Assembly: GCA_963662285.2 (NCBI GenBank)
Contig: CAXXMV010000006.1
Coordinates: forward strand, 1,024,001-1,088,000
DNA length: 64,000 bases
Source of the DNA: a bacterium
GTDB taxonomy: Bacteria > Hinthialibacterota > Hinthialibacteria > Hinthialibacterales > Hinthialibacteraceae
Reading direction: 5' to 3'
The notes under the pieces are model-generated. The model did no database searches, had not been told where the DNA came from, and worked only from the letters and a program-made list of their open reading frames with translations. Positions 57,568 through 64,000 of this stretch are shown here, piece after piece. The first letter of the stretch is position 1. Each line of letters begins with the position of its first letter. The position numbers were made by a program, and so were the translations under genes.

Positions 57568-60500
57568 ATGGTTACCCTCTTTGGAATACTAAATGTTGGC
57601 GCTCGTGGATTGAGCGCAGCTCAATCCGGGCTTAATACCGCAGGTAATAATGTCGCCAACGTTAACAATGAAGCATATTCACGCCAACGGATTGTTCAGA
57701 CTACGATCGATCCGATCATGTTTCCCAATGGAGCGGCAGGGCAGGGAGTAAGCGTCGTAACCATTGAACGTATTAGAGATATGCTTTTGGAAACTCAGAT
57801 CAATAATGCGACCAGTGATAAGAATTTCAATGAACAACTGAATTCGATTATTGATCGAATCGGATCAATAATGAATGATCCATTGACTACGATATCCGAT
57901 ACTTCGAATAACAGCTCAAATGGAGGGCTGAATAATCTTTTATCCAATTTTTTTGATGCTTTCCATGAACTAACAAATTCTCCGGAAGCGCCTGAAGTCC
58001 GTTCAGCTGTGGTGGAAAGCGCGCGAACATTAGCAGAGTCATTTTCTTCCATCGCGAACGATTTTGGCTCATTGCGTAGTGACCTTAATGAACAAGTAAA
58101 ATTTTATACAGCGGAAATAAACCAAAAAACGCAGGAGATTGCCAGTCTAAATGAAAGGATTGCGGCGGCGGAGGGAGGCAGCAAGGTAAATGCCAATGAT
58201 TTTCATGACCGGCGCGATAAACTAGTTACAGAACTCTCAGAAATTGTTCCGATAAAAGTTATTGATAATCCTAATGGGACAATAAACGTCTCAATTGCCG
58301 GCCAAGCTGTTGTAGATAATGTCAATGCCACAATGCTCCAATTAGAAAGCGTTGATACTGAGAACCTTGATATCGTCAGTATTCGCATCGGCGCAGGGGG
58401 CATGGATGTCATAGATAAAGATATCAGAAACGGAAAACTGGGCGCCATCCTTGACGCCCGCGACCGTCTTGTGCCATCTCTTCAGGATCAGATTGATGAA
58501 TTAGCTCGCGGCGTTATGTATGAAGTAAATAAAATTCACTGTGGTTCTTCCGGCGTTGAGGGATATGACAAAGTCACCAGTAACTTTGATTTTCCGCAAG
58601 GTGCTGAAGATGAGGATAGTATAATAACGCTGGATCGAATTTTCAATAATCCGGTATTATCCAGTAGGAAAAGCATAGGTAATAGTCCATACCCGGTGCA
58701 AAATGGAACGTTCTCCATCAGGGTGGCGGATGAAGATAATAAGGCTCGTGATGTTTTTGATGTAAATATTAACGTCGAAGACACCTTGAATGATATAGTT
58801 GAACGTATAGACCGCAGTGATGGTGTAGTAAGCAGCGTTCGTTCATCACTGAAGTTTGATCCGGTTTATATTGCAAAGGTGCAGGGTAATTTAGGAGCGG
58901 ATGCAACTGAATTGCCTGGCGCAATTGCTTCGTTTGCGTCATTAGAAGGGAAGCCAATTGCAGAGGCAGCAGGTGATTATACCTTCGATATTCGTCTGCG
59001 GAATCCAGCGGGAAGTGAAGTGGATTCCGACCCGAATACGAGTGGCATTAATCCCTTTACGGTTACGATCAACAGCGCAATGACGCTGCAAGAGGTGGCC
59101 GCTGAAATACAGAATACCGGCGCCGGTAGAATCCGTGCGCAATTAGTAACCAGTACTACTGATCCCGATAGTACCGTTTTGCGGATAGAGGCAATTGAGA
59201 GAGGCGCCACAATCTCTTTTGAAAATGATAATTCCGGAATTGTCCAAGGTTTTGACTTTCCTATAACTGATCCATCTGTTCCCTTGATTGGCGGCAATGC
59301 GACAAAAACGCAAACCGTTTTTACCGGAGACTCAGCGGACTCTTTGCTGGGAGCGGGCGGCCCGAATTTTAACACAGTTTACGCCGGACCTCCTCCGACT
59401 ATTATCGGCGAAGGCAGTTTTGATTTTGTTATAGTTGATAACAATAATATTCCCGTCATGCATACCATTGACATTGCGGCGGCTGGCGTGAATACGCTGG
59501 ATGAACTGGCTGCGCAAATGGAGGGATTTGATAACAATATCAATGTGGAAATTACAGCCGATAATGAATTCATCATTACAGCTGATAATAATCGCTCATT
59601 CTTTTTCCGCAATGATACCACCGGTCTGGTGGAAGCGATGGGCTTTTCTGAAATTGATGGATTCGGAAAGATAGGCGACCAGCCATTTCAGGAAGGCAGT
59701 TTCGAAATAATAGTTGCGGAAAAAGATGGTAAAGTTACTCATATAGTTGAGGTTCCGGTTCAAGCGGATTCATCCAAAACGGGCGGTGTTTTTACGCTTA
59801 ACGATATTGTTGAGCAGATAAATCGCACAACTAGTGATTATAGCGCTCCTTTAAGGGCTTCTATCGTGAGCGATCCAAGCGACCCAACTAAAAATCAATT
59901 GCAAATTAAATCAGAAGAAGGTTATGAATTTACATTTCGCAGTGACGACAGCCTTCTTCTTTCCGCGCTAGGTTTTACAAATGGTCCGGTTTTGGCCGCA
60001 ACCGGAGATAATCCGATACTAGGCGCGGATCAGACTATATCGATTGGAGATTCAATCGGCGGCATCGTGCGGGCGCAGATTATAAACAACGATATCATAG
60101 AGATTTCAACTACGGATAATGATCAAATAACCTTTGTTGGTGATAGCAGTTATTTCCTGGCAGCTGTCGGCATCAATTCGTTGTTCAATGGAACTGATGC
60201 GTTATCAATGGAAATAAACCAGGATATAAAGAAAAATAATAATCTACTGGGAGCTTCGAAAGACGGTGCACGGGGAAATAACGAATCAGCGTTGGCTATA
60301 GCGCAATTGCAAGACAAGATTGTTATCGACAAGATGACGCTGAACGAGTTTTACCGCTCAGCAGTAGCCAGTCTGGGCAACGAGGGAAGCCGCACCAGAC
60401 AGTTTCTTCAAACGACTGAAGATATCCTGCGCGAACTGGAAACATTGCGCGAACAAAATTCCGGAGTATCTCTGGATGAGGAATCTCTCAATATTATCCG

Positions 60501-60588
60501 TTTTCAACAAGCCTATCAGGCATCAGCGCGTTTTATCTCCACAATCGATGGCCTGATTGATGTAATCATCAATCAAATAGGCGCCTAA
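57568..60588 (+). CDS. flgK: Flagellar hook-associated protein 1, greatly extended (1006 aa)
   Basis: GLSAAQSGLNTAGNNVANVNNEAYSRQR, IERIRD and ANDFHDRRD. C-terminal SGVSLDEE..NIIRFQQAYQASARFI. Confidence 0.93.
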   Translation: MVTLFGILNVGARGLSAAQSGLNTAGNNVANVNNEAYSRQRIVQTTIDPIMFPNGAAGQGVSVVTIERIRDMLLETQINNATSDKNFNEQLNSIIDRIGSIMNDPLTTISDTSNNSSNGGLNNLLSNFFDAFHELTNSPEAPEVRSAVVESARTLAESFSSIANDFGSLRSDLNEQVKFYTAEINQKTQEIASLNERIAAAEGGSKVNANDFHDRRDKLVTELSEIVPIKVIDNPNGTINVSIAGQAVVDNVNATMLQLESVDTENLDIVSIRIGAGGMDVIDKDIRNGKLGAILDARDRLVPSLQDQIDELARGVMYEVNKIHCGSSGVEGYDKVTSNFDFPQGAEDEDSIITLDRIFNNPVLSSRKSIGNSPYPVQNGTFSIRVADEDNKARDVFDVNINVEDTLNDIVERIDRSDGVVSSVRSSLKFDPVYIAKVQGNLGADATELPGAIASFASLEGKPIAEAAGDYTFDIRLRNPAGSEVDSDPNTSGINPFTVTINSAMTLQEVAAEIQNTGAGRIRAQLVTSTTDPDSTVLRIEAIERGATISFENDNSGIVQGFDFPITDPSVPLIGGNATKTQTVFTGDSADSLLGAGGPNFNTVYAGPPPTIIGEGSFDFVIVDNNNIPVMHTIDIAAAGVNTLDELAAQMEGFDNNINVEITADNEFIITADNNRSFFFRNDTTGLVEAMGFSEIDGFGKIGDQPFQEGSFEIIVAEKDGKVTHIVEVPVQADSSKTGGVFTLNDIVEQINRTTSDYSAPLRASIVSDPSDPTKNQLQIKSEEGYEFTFRSDDSLLLSALGFTNGPVLAATGDNPILGADQTISIGDSIGGIVRAQIINNDIIEISTTDNDQITFVGDSSYFLAAVGINSLFNGTDALSMEINQDIKKNNNLLGASKDGARGNNESALAIAQLQDKIVIDKMTLNEFYRSAVASLGNEGSRTRQFLQTTEDILRELETLREQNSGVSLDEESLNIIRFQQAYQASARFISTIDGLIDVIINQIGA

Positions 60589-60603
60589 TTAAGGTGAATT
60601 ATC

Positions 60604-63333
60604 ATGGTTCGAATTACGCAAAATCTAATAAGCGACCGGACGTTATTCAATCTTCAGCGAGGTATCAAGAGGTATACTGATGCTCAGAATGTTGTATCTA
60701 CCGGACAGAGGATCACCAAGCCGGTGGATGATCCTATCGGCTTCCCGGTAGCGTTGAATCTTCGATCTTCGATTCAGCAGGGGCGCAGTTTTCAACGCAA
60801 TGTGGAATCGGCTCGTGGTAATCTTGAGTTGACTGAAACCACCATGAATAGTTTGACTGAGACGCTGCAAAGCATACGCAGTTTAAGCGTGCAAGGTGGA
60901 AACAGTATTGATCCTAATGCCCGGATTTCCATTGCTGAACAAATAGCGGAATTATACGGACATATCTATGATCTATCCAATACTGATTACAAAGGCCAAT
61001 CAATCTTTGGCGGCAGCGTTACTGATGGAAACGCTTTTAGCGTAAAAGATAATGCGATTATTTATAATGGCGATGATTTTGAACGAAACATGATGATCAG
61101 CAAGAATGCGCAAATCACCAATAACCTGAATGGCTTCGATACCTTCCTGCATACTCCTAACCAGATCACCGGAGCAGTGAGCATTGAAGATGTTTCCGCG
61201 CCTTTATATCAACAATTAAGCAAAGCCAATCCCAATTTCACCAATCTTCCTGCGGTGACTGATGGTCCTCAGGGAGCGTTGGTTGATCCGTCGCCCAATC
61301 CGAACAATAGCCCTACTGAATTGCCCAACCAGTATGCCTCGTTTGAAATATATGGTAATGAAATTCGCGTTGATATTTCAACCGATTCGCTGGAAGATGT
61401 TGTTGATCGAATTAATGTGCAAGTAGAGGATGTCACTGCCAGCATTAATGAACGGAACCAGTTGGTAATTACATCAAAAAGAACCGATGGACTTGACTTA
61501 AGTGATGGTGAACGGCAACTGGGTTTTGAACCGGATACTCCCAATGGCTTAAATTTATTGAGCGCCTTGGGGATGAATCGGGTAGTGGAAAGTTCGCGTC
61601 CGCTAACCCGTGGGTATCCCGCAACCGATCCGATTACTGATGGAACTATCAGTCCCGCTCCAGCCAGGGGCGGAGTAAGCGTAAAGAATAGTTCTTTTCT
61701 TTTTGCGGGAACCAATAATGGTCCTTATGATAATCCTGCTGTTCCTTTCGGAGATAACCTGGCAATAACCAATATCGATTCTGAAGGGAATGACGCCTAT
61801 CTCGCCAATGGCGATCCTGATTTTATTAATGAACTGGAAGCGATTCGGATTACTATTGATGACGAGGTGATTGATATCGACTTACGCGCATTAACGGAAG
61901 GTCGCGATTTCGATGCAGTGGTTGGTAATGATGACGATATGCCTGGTTCGACGGTAGAGGATCTACTGGAACTTATAAATAATCATCCCGCCCTTAAAGG
62001 GAGAGCGACAGCGTATATCAATGCAGACCAAAGCGGGATCAGTTTATCCGCAACCAGCAGTACTGATGTGTTTAAGGTGGATAACGTTCGCAAATTATTT
62101 GGCCGCGACATAACTCAGAGTGTCGCCATTGACGCCGTAACCAGTGATGTTACGGTGACCGACGCCGGAAGAATTTCAATGGATACCAAACTGGATGATC
62201 TGCCCGGCGCATTGGTCGATCCGGTTGACGGTAGTTTGGGAGTGCGCCGTGATGCGCCGCCTCCAATAGGCAGTGAGCCTAATCCAAACCGGGGATTAAT
62301 CGCCATTTCCAATGATGGAGATAATGTCGGCATCGATCTGCAGGATGCAGAAACTATCGGTGATGTGATTCGGGCTATTAATGATTCAAAAGTCGGCGTT
62401 GAAGCGCGCATCAATGAAAGCGGAACCGGCATCAATATTGTTTCTCTTCGAGCTGGTGAGGGTGAGTTGAGCATCGTCGACATGTTTGACGGAACTCTGG
62501 CCCGTGATTTAGGTTTGTTCAGTCCTCCAGCGCCGGTCCGGGTGCAATCCAGTGCTGGTTTAGCTGAAACCGACATTCTGGGCGCCTCATTCGGGACTAT
62601 GTCGAATGGTTCGTTTGATATAGAAGTGCGTGATGGAGCTGGAAGAACGCTTGATACATACACCATTGACGCCACTACCACGGATACCATAGAGAGCCTG
62701 GTGAAGAAAATTGATGAGTCGGATGGCAAAGCCGGGCCGGGCGGCGGTTTGATCTCAGCCTATTATAGCGGCGGCGAAATAAATATCGTCAGTAATTATG
62801 ATGGTCATGTAATTGTTATAGATCCAGCCAATGATACAACTGGAACCGACGCCGCTTCACGGATAACCAATCTGCTGGATATTGATGCTTATACATTTAC
62901 TCTTGAAACTGATACGCCAGCCACGGCTTATGAAAGCAAACAGAATACTGCTTCGATTATGGGAATCAGCGCCGATGGCGATGTTAATGAAATAGAAGAA
63001 CAGAATATTTTTAATACTGTAAAAAGCCTTGAAAATGCTCTCCGGCAAGATGACACGGAGGGGATTTCGCAAGCATTAACCAATATTGATAAAGACCTGG
63101 AAGCGATTCTTAATAAACGAACCACTCTGGGCGCTCGAATCAACCGCCTGGACGCAACCTCAGCTAATTTGCAGGATGGCGAAGATTTTATGCGCCAGGA
63201 ACTATCCAGCATTGAAGATGCGGATTTGGCCGCATCGGTCTCAGAAATGACCTTGGCGCAGAATGCCTTCAATGCGGCGCTATCAGCGTCATCAAACGTG
63301 ATCCAACAGTCGTTGATGGATTTTCTTCGGTAG
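60604..63333 (+). CDS. flgL: Flagellar hook-associated protein 3, greatly extended (909 aa)
   Basis: MVRITQN..STGQRITKPVDDP, IFGG, IYNGD and C-terminal LGARINRL..SSIEDADLA..SLMDFLR. Directly after flgK. Confidence 0.92.
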   Translation: MVRITQNLISDRTLFNLQRGIKRYTDAQNVVSTGQRITKPVDDPIGFPVALNLRSSIQQGRSFQRNVESARGNLELTETTMNSLTETLQSIRSLSVQGGNSIDPNARISIAEQIAELYGHIYDLSNTDYKGQSIFGGSVTDGNAFSVKDNAIIYNGDDFERNMMISKNAQITNNLNGFDTFLHTPNQITGAVSIEDVSAPLYQQLSKANPNFTNLPAVTDGPQGALVDPSPNPNNSPTELPNQYASFEIYGNEIRVDISTDSLEDVVDRINVQVEDVTASINERNQLVITSKRTDGLDLSDGERQLGFEPDTPNGLNLLSALGMNRVVESSRPLTRGYPATDPITDGTISPAPARGGVSVKNSSFLFAGTNNGPYDNPAVPFGDNLAITNIDSEGNDAYLANGDPDFINELEAIRITIDDEVIDIDLRALTEGRDFDAVVGNDDDMPGSTVEDLLELINNHPALKGRATAYINADQSGISLSATSSTDVFKVDNVRKLFGRDITQSVAIDAVTSDVTVTDAGRISMDTKLDDLPGALVDPVDGSLGVRRDAPPPIGSEPNPNRGLIAISNDGDNVGIDLQDAETIGDVIRAINDSKVGVEARINESGTGINIVSLRAGEGELSIVDMFDGTLARDLGLFSPPAPVRVQSSAGLAETDILGASFGTMSNGSFDIEVRDGAGRTLDTYTIDATTTDTIESLVKKIDESDGKAGPGGGLISAYYSGGEINIVSNYDGHVIVIDPANDTTGTDAASRITNLLDIDAYTFTLETDTPATAYESKQNTASIMGISADGDVNEIEEQNIFNTVKSLENALRQDDTEGISQALTNIDKDLEAILNKRTTLGARINRLDATSANLQDGEDFMRQELSSIEDADLAASVSEMTLAQNAFNAALSASSNVIQQSLMDFLR

Positions 63334-63360
63334 AATTGCTTGGTATTTATTAATCCATTA

Positions 63361-63389
63361 TCCGGCAATAAGAAAATCATATTGCCGGA
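63361..63389. terminator. Hairpin between convergent flgL and the TPR gene
   Basis: tccggcaata-N9-tattgccgga perfect 10-bp stem. Confidence 0.6.
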
Positions 63390-63426
63390 TTTGTTATTCT
63401 GATTAACGGGGAATCACATTAGGCGA

Positions 63427-63747
63427 CTACATTTTACCCATGCTAAGATGGCGTGAAGCATTCATGGCTTCTTCCGCTTCGGGAATCATGCCTTTTTTAA
63501 CGAACACGCGCGACAGGTTGGTATAAACCAGCGGTTCATGCGAATCAAATTCCGCTGCTTTTTTCGCTGCTTCCAATGCGTTATCAAAATCTTCCATTTG
63601 TTGATATGCAATAGAGATGGCCAGATAAATCTCTCCATCATTGGAGTCTTCTTCTAAGGCTTTTTTATATAGCTCAATGGCTTCTTCGTTTTTGCCTTCG
63701 TCGAAGAGATCGAGTCCCTTGCTGTATAATTCTTCTTTGGCTCCCAT
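63427..63747 (-). CDS. Small tetratricopeptide repeat protein
   Basis: TPR pattern LYSKGL..EAIELYKKALE, YLAIS..ALEAAKKA, YTNLS..EAEEA. RBS aggag precedes ATG 63747. Confidence 0.85.
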   Translation of the reverse strand: MGAKEELYSKGLDLFDEGKNEEAIELYKKALEEDSNDGEIYLAISIAYQQMEDFDNALEAAKKAAEFDSHEPLVYTNLSRVFVKKGMIPEAEEAMNASRHLSMGKM

Positions 63748-64000
63748 GATCACTCCTGGATTTTATTTATTAGTTTGTGCGTCAAATATTATCTCTTGCT
63801 TATTATATATATTGTAACACGCAAATCATTGTAGCACGTTCATAATGAAATTCGATTGATGTTTGCACAGTTTGTTATTTTTTGAAGGTCTTACGTCGAA
63901 ATAATTCGTTTTTATTTTCAAATATTTTAGGATTCTGAAGTACATGGTTTTTCAGGATTTTCCTGCACGAGAGATTAAAATTATCAGAAGAAGCGTACTT

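Overview
Bacterial chromosomal window, about 42% GC by eye, densely coding, with no integrase, transposase or CRISPR array visible. The gene style (Tat-exported Gfo/Idh/MocA oxidoreductases, sulfatase, sialidase, a short YD[PM]TNG-type pseudopilin, Pro/Thr-linked secreted proteins) suggests a diderm, flagellated, anaerobe-capable candidate-phylum organism, perhaps Hinthialibacterota/Sumerlaeota-like; this is inference only. Recognisable core functions are pssA, leuCD, nrdDG (preceded by a cobalamin riboswitch and tandem NrdR boxes), amrS, tRNA-Leu(CAG), an RND efflux triplet, flgM (sigma28 promoters) and very large flgK/flgL (sigma54 promoter). There is also a glycan-catabolism cluster and a BlaI/BlaR1-Kelch pair. 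The most notable signals are: (1) a shared C-terminal [STA][SP][IV]x2-4Wxx[FY]-COOH tail on three unrelated exported proteins, a candidate sorting signal; (2) a BlaR1-like protease whose sensor looks like a releasable secreted Kelch protein carrying that tail; (3) an unannotated 30-aa Lys/Asp peptide gene with its own RBS and terminator; (4) a PGRP-like lipoprotein that has lost its Zn ligands; (5) nested repeat modules in FlgK; (6) a decayed partial duplication bracketing the GH38 gene; and (7) dispersed REP/BIME-like repeats.
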